NCBI GenBank assembly: GCA_012026655.1
Contig: JAAILG010000213.1
Coordinates: 62,001-124,642 of the forward strand
Direction: 5' to 3'
From: Hydrolagus affinis
Lineage: Eukaryota
Length of the DNA stretch: 62,642 nucleotides
In this document: in pieces, positions 1 through 12,662 of the stretch
Layout: every line of letters begins with the position of its first letter
Position numbering within the stretch: position 1 is the first letter of the stretch
Notes under the pieces: generated by a model
What the model was told of the DNA's origin: nothing
The model's input: only the letters and a program-made list of their open reading frames with translations
The model's database searches: none
Translations under genes and position numbers: made by a program

Positions 1-705
1 GTGTGTTGAGCCCGGTGTAAGAGAGAACATGGGCTGCATGAGTTGGAGCAGTAAGCTTTGTGTTGTAAGGAATAACAAATGTCTGGCACTGAGTTTGAGG
101 AACTAATTCAACCACGAAACTCTGCTGACATTAGTAAAGCACTTCAGCATCTCTCTCATGATTGGTGACGTTATCTGGACAGTGAGATTGAATTATTGCC
201 TTGAACGCGATGCCAGACATCTTGTTGTTCTTTAACATACACCGTCTGGAGCTTATTTAAAAAAAAAATATTTGCTTATTTCTCTTTTCTTAACTTGTTA
301 TGCAGTAGGAGTGAGCAGGGAATGTCTTGACTCACTTCTTAAGTTCTATCTGTTATATTAGATTATATTTGGCTGATGGACAGATGAACGGGTAGCAACT
401 CTCTGAGTAAACAGGAGGTAAATCGGTCTTCTTTAATAAATGTGGGACAGGTCCCGAGGCTTCTGAATAAACATGAGAAGAACTGTTGCCTTTATGAATA
501 AACATGAAGGACAGATAATTGGCGTCTGGTCGCCAAGACCCAAAATTCCACCTAGACTTAGTCATTGAGACCCTTTTCTCTTAAACTTTTAAGATAGCTC
601 AGAATTGTGGAAACAACTTAAACTCAGTTGGCTGCAAAGTGAGCCAAGCAAACCTAATGAGGTGTAATCTGGAATGCTTTATGTCACGAGTTGCTAGTAG
701 CAACT

Positions 706-812
706 TAATAATAATAATCTTTGCATTGATATAGCACCTTCTCACATCGTTGACACGTCTAGAAGCGTTTCACAGGCTATACTGTAAAGAATTTTGTGGG
801 CGAAACGCGGTA
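706..812 (-). mobile_element. SINE 3' fragment (tRNA-headed family with L2-like tail)
   Basis: Reverse complement of the recurrent tail ...aaagcgctatatcaaatgcaaggattattatt seen in many copies across the window. Confidence 0.75.
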
Positions 813-1491
813 AACAGAGTGCGTCACTCATCACACTGGTGAATGGACTGTCAGCAGCAGAGTCCCGTTCTCCCCTCTCTCCCCCATAAACCCCCCCCCC
901 CCACCCCAACCACGCCATCAATGGTGGTTCATGTCGCGGGCTTCTTTTTCATGGCTTGGCAAGCTTGGCACATGTGAGTGAAGGTCTCCAGCCCTCTAGC
1001 CCGCGTGCCTCCCTGACATGCTCAGTAGAGGGGCTTCTGTGGAAACAGTTGATTCCTATTGTTGTGCGGTTTGATTCACAAAATAACCATTGATATTGTT
1101 CATCTCCTGCCTGGGTCTCTAAAGAGCGCAGAACTGATCGAACTGAACAAAGAAAACTTTGCAGATTTAGACGCATGTTGCTCAGTCCTATATATAGGAG
1201 TATCCTGCTGGACGGAATAATGCCAGCTGATGCCTGGAGAGTAAGCTGGATGCTACACGTCCAGCATTGTTGGACTGCTGCCTTCCATTTGCAATCCTAG
1301 AGGAAACTAGAGAAGGAAACAGCGACCCCGACAGACAGAGGGGAAGATTACAGGCAGCTCGTAGTAATGTTTGTATTTGATACAGCCACTTCGCCCTCTA
1401 GAACTCTCCAACGAGATCCCTCTACCACTTCCTCCCTTTATACTTCCTCAAGCTTTATACTTCCATTTTTAAATAAAACTTCTGAGCAACG

Positions 1492-2302
1492 TTAACCCTC
1501 TGGGTGCCCACCACTCCCCCACCTGCGTTCCTCGAGCCAGAAGGACGGCCAGAAAGGCCCTCAGAATAATATGCGATCAGCTCCATCAAAACACCTCAAA
1601 GTTCTTCATAGAGATTCGCAAGGGTAGCGATTGTGTTTTTGTAGCACAAAACAGAGCAGCAAATTGTCAATAATAATACAGTACTACTACTAATAATAAT
1701 CCTTGCATTTGGTATAGTGCCTTATCACGTCTTTGAGACATCTCAAAGCGCTTCACAGAATATACTGTAAAGTGACTGTGTGTTTCGTAGGTGAAATTGT
1801 GCAGGATTTGGTGTGTTTCACCTACAACACAAACACTGGTGGATGAAACATGATGAGATGGTTCAGTGTTGTAGCTGCTGCAAGAAAACCAGCATTAATT
1901 GGTATTGCTGTTCATATGGTTTCTCCAATGAGACTGTATTCCCTTTACTGTATATACAATATAATATGGATGTTGCCATTTCCTTCCCATCTCACCAACA
2001 GACAGTTGTATTTCATGGCCAGGAAATACAAATGTCCGTCTCGAACACACATGTCTGTTGTTACAGGCAGAAACAGAGCACTGTTTGAGAAAATAATACT
2101 CTGCGTTTTACTGGGATATAATAATCTAATAGAGCAAGATTGCAGTGGTTTCCATTCAGAAAATGCCTGGAAATGAAAAAAATCAGCACAAAATGTTCTT
2201 GTGGTTCTCAAACCTGATTCCAAAGTACTCTGAGAGCCTTAGTGGGCGTCTTTCTGGCTCGCAAAACGCAAGTGGGGGAAGGGTTGGCACCCAGAGGGTT
2301 AA
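1492..2302. mobile_element. Non-autonomous piggyBac-like DNA transposon with long terminal inverted repeats
   Basis: TTAA-CCCTCTGGGTGCC... at 1492 and ...GGCACCCAGAGGG-TTAA ending 2302; imperfect inverted repeats of about 80-95 bp; no transposase ORF; SINE nested inside. Confidence 0.75.
1690..1800 (-). mobile_element. SINE 3' fragment nested in the DNA transposon
   Basis: taataataatccttgcatttggtatagtgccttatcacgtctttgagacatctcaaagcgcttcacagaatatactgtaaagtg. Confidence 0.8.
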
Positions 2303-2314
2303 CGCTGCCTCCCA

Positions 2315-2750
2315 GGTTTTATTTCAAAAAGATCAGCTTGTGGAAGTATAGAGGGATCTCGTTCCAGTGGGCAAAGTGGCTGAATTCTTGCGCGCGCTGA
2401 TATTGGCGCAGAGAGCAGGAGACTTGAAACAGGCCAGACTTGGCAAAACAGAAAGGTTTGGCAGGAGAGCAGAACAACAGACGGTGATAGAGCTAGGGGT
2501 GTGGCAGGTTGTAGAGGCTTGTCTCGTGAGTAACGAGGATCTTAAAGTTGATCCGCCGAGGGACGGGGAGCCAGTGGAGCCTGACCGGGATGTGGTTAAT
2601 GAGCTCACTGAGCCTGGTGCGGATTGGAGTGATGGACTCACTCACCCTAAGCCGGCCAAGGAGGATGCCGACAGGCTCACTGAGGTTGGCGAGGATTGGG
2701 TTCGTGGGCTCGTTAAACCTGGTGCCGGACAGAAGAAGTTTTAGACGTGG
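2315..2750 (-). mobile_element. L2-clade LINE ORF2 C-terminal fragment
   Basis: Minus-strand translation contains LHWLPVPRRINFKILV, the characteristic L2 ORF2 C-terminal motif. Confidence 0.75.
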
Positions 2751-2865
2751 AGTAACCAACACTTGGAAAACAATAGGTGTGTCTTATTTGAATCAGGAAG
2801 GTCGAGAATGCTCCTGTGAATCAAAAATTGCCCCACAGATAAACTGTCACTTTTATGTTCCACAG

Positions 2866-2992
2866 AGTTATCAGCCGAGCACCAGGCCTCAAACTTGTGG
2901 TTGAAACACTGATGTCATCTCTCAAGCCGATTGGAAACATTGTGGTCATCTGCTGTGCGTTCTTCATCATCTTTGGGATCCTAGGAGTTCAG
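2866..2992 (+). CDS. CACNA1G: Cav3.1 T-type Ca channel exon (about e22; domain III S4-S5 linker and S5)
   Basis: cag|A GTT..CAG|gt; [42 protein letters not shown]; upstream exons lie outside the window. Confidence 0.95.
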
Positions 2993-3081
2993 GTTTGCCA
3001 ATGTGGAGAGACATCTCGCGAAAGCCAAGCGTCATTATCTCAGAAGTTAATGAAATAATAATCCTGTAATGATACTTGTTC

Positions 3082-3385
3082 AGTCAGCCTGGCTCAGTCC
3101 TAGCACTCGTGTCTCTGAGTCAGAATGTTGTGGGTTCAAGCTGCACATTAGCTCACGGTCTAGGCTAACACTTCAGGCTGGACTGCGACATTGTCGGAGG
3201 TGCCATCCCTCAGACAAAATCATAAGGCGAGGTCCCATCTGCCTGTTCATATGATTCTGTGGCATCGCTTGAAAAGAGAAGGGAGTTTCCCCTCTCCCAG
3301 TGTCCTGCCCTTATTAAAAAAAAATGAGTTACTCACATGAATTTATGGCTGTTTGTGGGAAATTGTTGTGCACACGTTTGCCTGC
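3082..3385 (+). mobile_element. DeuSINE-type SINE (tRNA head plus Deu domain)
   Basis: A-box tggctcagt, B-box gggttcaag, then tgtcggaggtgccatc...gaggtcccatctgcctg...ggagtt...tgtcctg, resembling the Deu domain as recalled. Confidence 0.7.
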
Positions 3386-3761
3386 AAATCACATTCACCT
3401 CAGTTTGAAATGAATCCCATGGATCAAGTTAAGATATCCACCCAACATGAAAGGTGTCAAATCACATGTCAGGATTATTATATTTTTATTTTTAAAAAGT
3501 GGTAGCTGGATGTCTGATAGACAGAAACCTACCTTTGTACCGAAAAACTGCTGAAAGTTCCATATAGACAGTTCCATTTGTCCAGTATGGAGTGCACATT
3601 CTCTTTCCCAGAGGGACACTTAGACTCACCGATAATTGGCCCCCAAAATACAAGGTCCCGCGATTAGGTTAGCTACCCCTGCTGTTAGACAGAGAAGTAT
3701 TTATCTTTATGAACATGCCTGGCTTTGGTAGGATTCTAAAGAACACACGTCTCTCTTCCAG

Positions 3762-3887
3762 CTCTTCAAAGGCAAGTTTTACTTCTGTGTTGGAGGGGAC
3801 ATCACGAATGTCACCAACAAATCAGACTGTCTTCAAGGCAGCCACAAGTGGACTCGACACAAGTATAACTTTGACAATCTGGGCCAG
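3762..3887 (+). CDS. CACNA1G: Cav3.1 exon (about e23; domain III S5-P loop)
   Basis: 126 bp, phase 0-0; [42 protein letters not shown]. Confidence 0.95.
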
Positions 3888-4364
3888 GTACGATGAGGCT
3901 TTGCGCGTCACTTACAAAGTTATTTCATTCTGCAAACTTCAACTGCGGCTCCCAGGTCTAATTCTTACTTGTAGCCACGCAAACAACAACAACAAAATCA
4001 ACTAAATTACATTTGTAGTGCCCCTTTCACTCGTTGGGAGGACGTCCCTAAGACAGTGGAACCAGCAGAGCAAGCTGGGCAGGTTCGGGAATGTGAAGGT
4101 CAATTACAGGACAGACACCACAAGGTTTATTGTTCTACAGGGTGTCATTAACAACTGGAACAGGTTACCAGAGGAAAGATAATTGTCTCCAGGATACCGG
4201 GATTAATTAAGAAATAGTTAGCACTATTTTTTTTGTTAATTAAGAAATAGTTCAATGCTCCAATGAGAAAGTGAGTGGATGTTCTAGAAGAACGAAATTA
4301 AACGAACTAAAGAACCTTCTGAATCTCTCTTGCCGGAGGAGGTTGTTTGGTCAAGACAAGAGGT

Positions 4365-4700
4365 CTCTTTCTGTTGAACTGGAGCAGACCCAGGAGCAAT
4401 ATGATAATGGAGTTTAAGATAGATAATGAAAGGGTTTTGAGAGGAGAAATAATGAGGAGCTATTTTCGCTCATGATTGATTCGAAGACAAGAGGGCACGG
4501 ATGTGTATATTATATTCATGAATGCATGAATATACAGTAACTAGGAAATGTGAAAGAAAGAAGTTAGTAATCTGCTTTCTGTTAGAGGATTGTTGGATTT
4601 GGCTGGATGGAGCGGCCGCTGGATTGGAATCAATTGAGGGCTTTTTAACAAAAGGAATTGGATAAATGTATTCAGGGACAGGGTATTGAGAAAGAGAAGC
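4365..4700 (+). mobile_element. Degraded CR1 LINE 3' fragment
   Basis: gagtttaagat..aatgaaagggttttga, acaagagggcac and aaggaattggataaat resemble the CR1 ORF2 3' end. Confidence 0.6.
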
Positions 4701-4917
4701 TTCATACACCAACAGAAGGGAGGGAGGGAGGCACAGGGAGTTGAAGGATTTCAAGAAAAGAAGAGAGGAGAACATTTATTTTTGTCGCTGCATTGAGATG
4801 TGCCCTTTCTAGAGAAAGCAAATAATTTCTCAGCACTTTCATCTCTCCGTTCAGTGAGCATGTGAGTAGGATATCATTAATGGAACGTTACAGTGTCTAA
4901 TGGCTTCATATTTTCAG

Positions 4918-5007
4918 GCCCTGATGTCCCTGTTTGTCCTCGCATCAAAGGATGGCTGGGTTGATATCATGTACGATGGCTTGGATGCAGTGGGAGTGGA
5001 TCAGCAA
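4918..5007 (+). CDS. CACNA1G: Cav3.1 exon (about e24; domain III pore helix and filter Asp)
   Basis: 90 bp; [30 protein letters not shown]; SKDGW carries the first D of the T-type EEDD filter. Confidence 0.96.
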
Positions 5008-5469
5008 GTAAGTTGGAATTGAATTGTCACTATCATTTCCAAGCGGAATGCAATCCTGCCAGAGTTTGGCCTTGTGCTATGAGGTCTCTGCACGTTCTTC
5101 CATCTTGCATCAACCCAGTGACCCTGAAGTCCACCCGGTCTTGGCCTGTGGGAACCATTTGGTCAAACAAATTTCCTGCAATCTGAAATGCTAAGATAAT
5201 TGTATACGTTGGGTCTGGTGTAAGAAATTCCCCCCCAAGGTAGCTTTGCTTTGCTCCACGCTGCGCCGTCCTCTGTCGCAAAAAATCGCTTTCGTTTCCG
5301 ATCGTTTACAATTTTGCAGTTTTGCAACACTGGCGTGAACCAGTGTTTGAATTCTCGAGGAATTCGAGAATGAGTGAATTCGAATCTGAACCTACCATGT
5401 TCGAACCCGTTTTGTTGGCTTTTGTAAAACGCAATGCCGTTGACTTGAACCCGCTCTTCCCTTCGGCAG

Positions 5470-5683
5470 CCAGTCATGAACTACAACCCCTGGATGCTCC
5501 TCTACTTCATCTCCTTCCTGCTGATCGTGGCCTTCTTCGTGCTCAACATGTTCGTGGGCGTGGTGGTCGAGAACTTCCACAAGTGCCGGAAGCACCAGGA
5601 GGTCGAGGAGGCCAAGCTCCGCGAGGAGAAACGGTTACGCCGCATGGAAAAAAAGAGACGGAGTAAGGAGAAGCAGCTGGCTG
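5470..5683 (+). CDS. CACNA1G: Cav3.1 exon 25 (IIIS6 and III-IV linker) with two alternative donors (ends 5662 or 5683)
   Basis: [39 protein letters not shown]...KKRR(SKEKQLA); donors A|gtaagg and G|gtcggt, both phase 1. Confidence 0.95.
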
Positions 5684-6518
5684 GTCGGTAGTCTTTCTGA
5701 ATCTCTCTGAGTTCTGCTTGGCCTTTGACACCACCTCCCAGTGCCTGATGAGTGGGATATCTCAGAGCATGACCGTAAAAGCCTCTGCATGACAGAATGA
5801 ACTGGTATTAAAGTTCTGCCCCCTCCCACCCCACCCCACTCACCCACCCATCCACCAATTCCTCTCGTGTGCGCTATCTTCCCTCCCACCATGTCAATAA
5901 AAATATTTCTGGGGGGAAATTTCACCTGGATCTAGCTTCACTTTATTTATGGAGCGAGTTAGAGCGTTCCCAACTTGGTAAGTTGTTGAAATCCATCTTA
6001 GCTTTTTTGCAGTCGGTTCAATAGTTCTTCAAAGAAACTGCTCAAAAGAAACTGGCTTCAAAAACGAAAGACTGTTTTAAGAATTTGCCAAATTCTGGAC
6101 GCTCTGAAGCGCCAAGTGAATAGAGTGAACCTAGGCCCTGGGTGGGATTTCCCGCCGCGCACAGTTGTCCTGTAGAAACCTCGCTTGCATGTTTGCCAAC
6201 ACTTCCATCGTAGAACAAGCTGTCTTCTAGTGAAAACATTTCCATGAATTGGAGAACACACCAAGTGCCGCACACAGTAGTGCAAGAATACTGCCTCTCC
6301 TTGTACAGCGGAGAGTTTATTGCTGCTACTCAGCCACAAAAGACTTTACCAATCGCAAGGGGCAATAATCTTGCACCATTGGCATGCAGGCACCTCCACT
6401 GTTTGTTTAGTAGACTCTTGCGTTACAGTGTGCAACACGACTGCTTTCAGATGATTCACTGAACACTAGGACACATTGGGGATGGGAATTTGTTCACCAC
6501 CTGTCCCTACAGCATGTT

Positions 6519-6645
6519 CTGTGTGTGTGTGTGTGTGTGAACGAGCACATGAGTATGTGTGGTGAGTATTAGTGTGAATGTGTGTGAGAGTGTATATATA
6601 CTGTATATAGTGTGTGTGTGAGTATGTGTTGGTCTGTGTGTGAGT
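6519..6645. repeat. (GT)n-rich compound microsatellite
   Basis: Direct reading. Confidence 0.85.
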
Positions 6646-8253
6646 GCGTTTGAGGACTTCAAATGAGAATAGGAACGATCTGTTACTGCAATGCCTCCGT
6701 TCTGCAGTTAACATGCCTCTTGTCGCTGGCGCTCACTGTCAAAACTCATCATGATTTATGTTGAACCTTGGACAAGGAAACAACTGTGGGGCAAAATGCT
6801 TTGATAGACTAACTCCTTTTCCCCCAGACTCCTGTTAACCACAGCACAGAGACAGCGAGTGGCAAGAATCTTGGTCCCGTTCAGTTCAGATATCATTCAG
6901 TTACAACTTCTGCACTGAGATATTCAGTGCATGATATTATAAAACATTAGTTAAAGTGGATTTAAGCAGTCGTGTTCAGGATTGTAACTCAAGGATGTAA
7001 TAAACCAAACAGTCCGTAAAGGCCAGAGTTTTAGATCCATCAAATATCCCTTGAGAAATACAGATAAAAGTCATGGTTTAGATGTAACAGCCTGGTTCCA
7101 CACAATAAACTTTATTTAGCCTGTCAGAATTTTGAGTTAGTCAGAAGCTGGCAAACTGATCGAACTCAGCAAACTGTGCTTTTCAGTAGTGATAATTCCT
7201 TCAGAATTAGGATTTTCACTCTTCTTCTCTTTTTAAACTTTGTGGCAGTTCCTACAAGGTACGTTTATATCAGAGCTTAAAATATATTAAAAGTTCTTAT
7301 AACATAGGACTATACTGGATCGGAAGAGACCACTAAGGGATCCTGTAAAAAGAAACAAGTGTTTATTTTCTTAAGTGTTTAGAGGCTTAAACCGTCATGT
7401 GGCAACATCATTATCAGAACGTTATTTAAATGTTGTTAGCAGTAGGTTAGAGATCTTTGGGTTGAAATTACGATTGGCGTTACATCTTGCACGTTTGACA
7501 AAGTGTGGTTACTATCAGCTAAACTCCCTGGTCTTCAACAGCACCAAAAATGTGATATGTAACACTGGCCTGTAATTTCAGCCCTCTTGTTTCTCTTGGC
7601 ATGCGTCCTCCTTCCTTTCATTCTCTCTCCCTTTCCGATGGATTTCCCGTGCGTATTATCTACTGTCTGCTTATCTTTATCCATCCCTCCTTCCATCTCT
7701 TCACACCTTCTGTTCCCTTTCCTTCCCTGCTGCATTCTCCCAGCCTCGACAAAATGCAACAGATTTCAGCCTCAGCGGCTTAAATAAAACTGGCAGCTAC
7801 AATAATGCACCTTAGATTACACAGAATCCACAGCACTGAAACAAGCCTTCAACCTAACTAGTCCACCCCAGTGCTTGTGCTTCACGTGAGCCTCTATTGC
7901 CTACTCCGTCAAGTATGTAGGAATTTCCTCTTAAGTGGATTGATGCTTTAGATAGCACCTCAGACAGCACAGGAGGAAGTCACTCAGACAATCAAGGACA
8001 CTCCACCACAGACCCACGTATTATAGCTTCCCCTACTTCATCCCTTAATATTGTTATTTCCCCAAGTATCTCTCCGGCTCTTTAAATCTCTCAACTGATT
8101 CCTTATCTGGGGACCGTACATTTTGCATTCTCATCTCTTTGAGACTGAAGAATCTCTTCCTCGTCTTGGCTCCTGATCTGTTTCATCTGAATTTTAATGT
8201 TACCCCCTTCTCATCACTAATGGATCTGGGAGGAGAATAGAAGCAGTTTGAAA

Positions 8254-8403
8254 NNNNNNNNNNNNNNNNNNNNNNNNNNNNNNNNNNNNNNNNNNNNNNN
8301 NNNNNNNNNNNNNNNNNNNNNNNNNNNNNNNNNNNNNNNNNNNNNNNNNNNNNNNNNNNNNNNNNNNNNNNNNNNNNNNNNNNNNNNNNNNNNNNNNNNN
8401 NNN
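8254..8403. other. Assembly gap (150 N)
   Basis: Run of N. Confidence 1.
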
Positions 8404-10321
8404 GTAACCAGGACATTAGTTAGTTTGCATTCAGCATTTTCGCATTCAATTGTGTAACTCACTCAAGAACACAGGATTGGTTTGGATGTTACAGTCCCTA
8501 TGGTCCTTTGGACCTCATGCTTCCAGAATGCCCATCCTACCCTGACCTGCTCCCACCACAGCTTCTTCAAATGCAAACAGGCCAAAACTTCCTCATTCTA
8601 CCAGTTCCATTGTATGATTCGCATCCCTTGCAAACTAAATGAAGCTCTCATAATCGTGCTTTCATTTTTTCATTCCAAAGATTCCCGCTTTTCAAAGGCA
8701 GACTCAGAAAGATCACTGTGATTTATCTCCATGTGTCTGTCACCTTGTTGATATTTCTCTGATTGTGTGAAATATGTGTTTGTGTTCGACTCTTCTTAGT
8801 TCTTTTTTAACTTATTTGTTGTGTGTTAAGACTCTGTGCTTTCCCTTGTCCGTGTGTCCTGTTCTGTTGTCCAAACTTAATCTCAGCCATAAATCCATGA
8901 GACAAACATTTGAAATACTGGAAGAATAAAAAAAATCTTCCAGCCTTCTTGCCAATTTACACAACCTTAAGTGTCCTCCTGCCCAGGGTAAATTTACTGT
9001 TGTATTACTTCAGAATATCAAGTCCAAATCACGATTTGACTCTGTCATGGCTGGGATTAGAGTTTGATTAACTCCGACATGTATGTTATGAAGATATGTG
9101 CGTTGCATTTTGCAAACCTGTTTGTCTTACTGTTTCCTGGTCGCAGGCCAGGTGCTCTCGTCTTTCATTACCTGTTAGGTTTGGTGTCAGTCAGTCCTAA
9201 TCCAGTCTAATCAAGTTTTGCAGATGTCGATGTGGTCTCAAAATTTGATCTCACTCATTGTTCTCTGTAATATCTCTCATCAGCTGTGCAAGCAACTGTG
9301 TATTTTGGAATGTGTGATAAAGGCACACAAATTATTGTCTGTATTTCCCAAGACCAAACCGTTTGTTGTTTTGTTTAAAAGGAATAGTTTGTAAGGAGCC
9401 ATGGACAATTTTATGCATGATGATAAACCAGGTAATGCTATCGTTAAACTGAGTTGAATCAGAGCCTCACACTGTCGATTCGTAACCTCACTTAAATTGT
9501 TTAATGATGGGGTGATACACAGAATAGCCACTGGGAGGTAACATTCTCCATTCATCCCATTCCCAGTGTCTAATTTCCACACGCAATCTGTTGTCATGTA
9601 TCTTTTCCATACATGAGGTGACGTGCGAGATTTTTTTTGAGGGGGAGTGGGGGTGGGAGAGAAGTTGTTAAGTTTTTTTAAAAAAAAAAGTAATTATTTT
9701 CTAGGTTTGAACTTTAGAAGAGTGACAAAGTTCACTCTCTTACAAGACCCCGGAAAATGTAATTTTGTCGGTGTTCATTATCGCATCAAATGACCAACCC
9801 ACCCCACTTTCTTTCTCTTCCCCGTATATATTTATTCGCCAGAAACATAAGAGAACAATTCAGTTTAAGGAGGCATTCCTTAGTTTTAGACTCGATTAAA
9901 GCTACTACTTGACAATATCGTCCGACTTCACCTAATTGCCGTGGGTGAGATGTCAGTGCAATAATGTCAGTCCATGCCTCCTTATTAAAGACTGTTGTGG
10001 AAGGTTTTATGACTTTACAAGCGCATGCAGCTGTATTCCATGAGTGAAGCTGGAAAGGAAGATTGCTAAAGGCAGTGTCCAGCTGCATGATCAGCATGTT
10101 GGATTTTGGAGTTGCTGCAGCTGATTGTGTAAGGTGATGAAGGTATTCCAAATAAAAAGATATAGATTTTTTTTAAATTTTAAAATGTGGGGCCTGAACC
10201 GACACACTATTGGAATGAAGGGACTGTTCAGCAAATCAGCACAGACTGTGCAGAAAGTTTTAAAACCAGTTTGTCTGACTTACTGGCCACTGACTGTATT
10301 CTTCCAACTTGGCGAAGAGTT

Positions 10322-10535
10322 TCAACAACGACAGTAAGATTTACGCAGCGCCTTTCGCGTCAGGAGGATGTCCCGAGGTGCTGGACTGTAAGGGAATTAG
10401 ACCGAGCAAGGGCTTGGGATCAGGAGGGTCGGAGGGCGGGGAGGAAAGGGGTACGAGGGTGGCCGGAGGTGCGGTTGAAGAGGAGGGTCATGAGACGTGC
10501 CTTGAAGGAGGTGAGGGTGGGAGTCGAGAGGCTGA
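10322..10535 (-). mobile_element. L2 LINE 3' end
   Basis: Reverse complement of L2 tail: ...ccttcaaggcacgtctc...cctcctgacgcgaaaggcgctgcgtaaat...gttgttg; similar to 23630-23885. Confidence 0.65.
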
Positions 10536-11449
10536 AGTGAACTCTTGGTTACTCAAGGAAAAGCAACGGTGGACAATGATGGCCTGCGCTTATCCGACCA
10601 AATAAATTAGTGCAAAGGAAGGGAAGCGATTTCCATAGGAGAAGAAGTCACCGAGGTTATATTTAACAAACAACAAAGCATCTGGACAATGGTAGCGAAG
10701 GCGGCAAGTCAAAGTGGAAGTCACTTGCTGGAGAATTGCATTTGTCGAATTAAGGTTTCGGCAGATTTTGGCGTTGGTTCTATTGAGCAGTCCCTTGCGG
10801 AGTTTGACGAGGTAAATTATTCCACGGTTACTTCAAGTTGTGAGCTTTGTTAACAGGCTGTGGTGAGCCTCTGTCCCATGGAGGGGTAATTATGTTAACT
10901 CGTGTTTGTCACATCAGAGATTCAGTGTCAAAAGAGCAGTTGTTTAAATCTCCGTGCATTACAGGGCGAGTGGGAGGAGGCTCTGATGTTAAAACGCAGA
11001 TCCCTTCTGACAAGATGAAATTGCTCATTAACAGGCAAAACCTGGGGGTGAAACCTGCTTCCAGATTAAAGTTGAACCGAGAGAATCTTTCCACCGTTCT
11101 GCGAGATCTTAAATTTTTGTCGCAAACCGGCCTCGGGAGGCTAAGACTAGGTGCGTGGAATTCCAAGACTTTTGCTTTAAAGAATTCAAGCCGCTTGCAT
11201 TCTTTAAAATCATAGGATTTGGGAATTCTACGAGAGCGAGTGGAAATATTCTTTGGACCCATACCTCGGAAGGTTTTCACATCTTGCTATTTGCACACGA
11301 TTACTTTTGACACTGAATAAATCCCGGAGGTGCTTTGGGAGGAACGCAAGTCAGATCTGACTGATGGAATAACGTCTGAAAAGAATCTTCATGATCCAGA
11401 GAGCTGATTATTTTTTTTGTTGTTGTTTCAATGTCTCGCTCCCGTTTAG

Positions 11450-11601
11450 AAGCTCAGTGTAAACCTTATTACTCTGACTACTCTCCCACCCGGCGGTTCA
11501 TTCACAATATGTGCACCAGCCATTACCTGGACCTGTTCATCACTGTGGTGATTGGGCTGAATGTAATCACCATGGCCTTGGAGCACTACAGACAACCTGA
11601 G
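11450..11601 (+). CDS. CACNA1G: Cav3.1 exon (about e27; end of III-IV linker and IVS1)
   Basis: 152 bp; (E/K)[50 protein letters not shown]|gtaagc. Confidence 0.95.
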
Positions 11602-12185
11602 GTAAGCACAATTTTGTCAAAAATAAAACAAAAAAGTTAAAATAAAACAAAAAACAGCAGAAAAGGCATTGGACACATTTCCAGATAGAAATTTTCAGCG
11701 CTGAAGGGCAGCAATGTGACTCTGCCCCACTACTAACGAGTGGCGCTAATGGATTGAGTGAACCCCTAATTAGGTCAATTCCACCCACGACTGTTTGTGG
11801 GACCCCGCCGGGCGCAATTTTGGCTGCCGCGTTTCGCCCACAAAATATACGGTCAATTCCCTCCAGCGGGACTCCCGACACACACACACACACACACACT
11901 GGGGTCACCAAGTCTTGGCCCTTGTCAACCGGCTCCTCGTACTCTCTGGGATTAGGGAAGCAGTGTTGTGTCCCTTAGGGGAGAGAAAGAACCGTTACAT
12001 CCCTAACTCTGCACGGAACTGCAACTCTCAGTTTTGTTTGGACACTTGGACACTTAGACACACTAGGGATGGGTCGGACACCAGCTAACTGATATAGAGC
12101 AGAGAACTGGTGCGTTGATGTCTGAAGCACGACTGTTGGCCACGGATGTAGCAGATTCAATCTCCATCTCTCTCACGTTCTCCAG

Positions 12186-12295
12186 GAACTCGACAAAGCT
12201 CTGAGGATCTGCAATTACATCTTCACGATTATCTTTGTCCTTGAGTCCGTGTTCAAACTGGTCGCTTTTGGATTTCGCCGGTTCTTCAAGGACAG
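12186..12295 (+). CDS. CACNA1G: Cav3.1 exon (about e28; IVS2)
   Basis: 110 bp; [37 protein letters not shown]. Confidence 0.95.
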
Positions 12296-12528
12296 GTAAA
12301 ATACTGCTGGATGTCTGGTAATTTAGTGTTAATGTAGTGCAGCACGTCGCAAGTTACATTTGTAAAGTACCTTTCATGTTGAGAGAATGTCTCTTTCTTT
12401 CATGTCACATCAAACTACTTCCAATATTCCATAAGACATTGTTCAAATTAACATCAGAATACCACTAATGTTAGACTACTGTTTCAGTAAGTGAATGTGA
12501 TGCCTGTTTTACTGCTCTCTCTCTCCAG

Positions 12529-12662
12529 ATGGAACCAGCTGGATCTTGCGATAGTGTTGCTCTCCATTATGGGTATTACCCTTGAAGAGATTGAGGTGAA
12601 TGCGTCTTTGCCAATCAACCCCACCATCATTAGAATAATGAGAGTCCTGAGAATCGCCAGAG
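12529..12662 (+). CDS. CACNA1G: Cav3.1 exon (about e29; IVS3-S4)
   Basis: 134 bp; [44 protein letters not shown] (S4 arginines). Confidence 0.96.

Noticed and set aside
2333-2904. Several 90-125 aa ORFs
   Set aside because: Alternative frames of an L2 LINE remnant.
5345-5410. Cluster of GAATTC/TTCGAA palindromes as a heat-shock element
   Set aside because: Only one correctly spaced TTCnnGAA unit; more likely a decayed MITE or chance.
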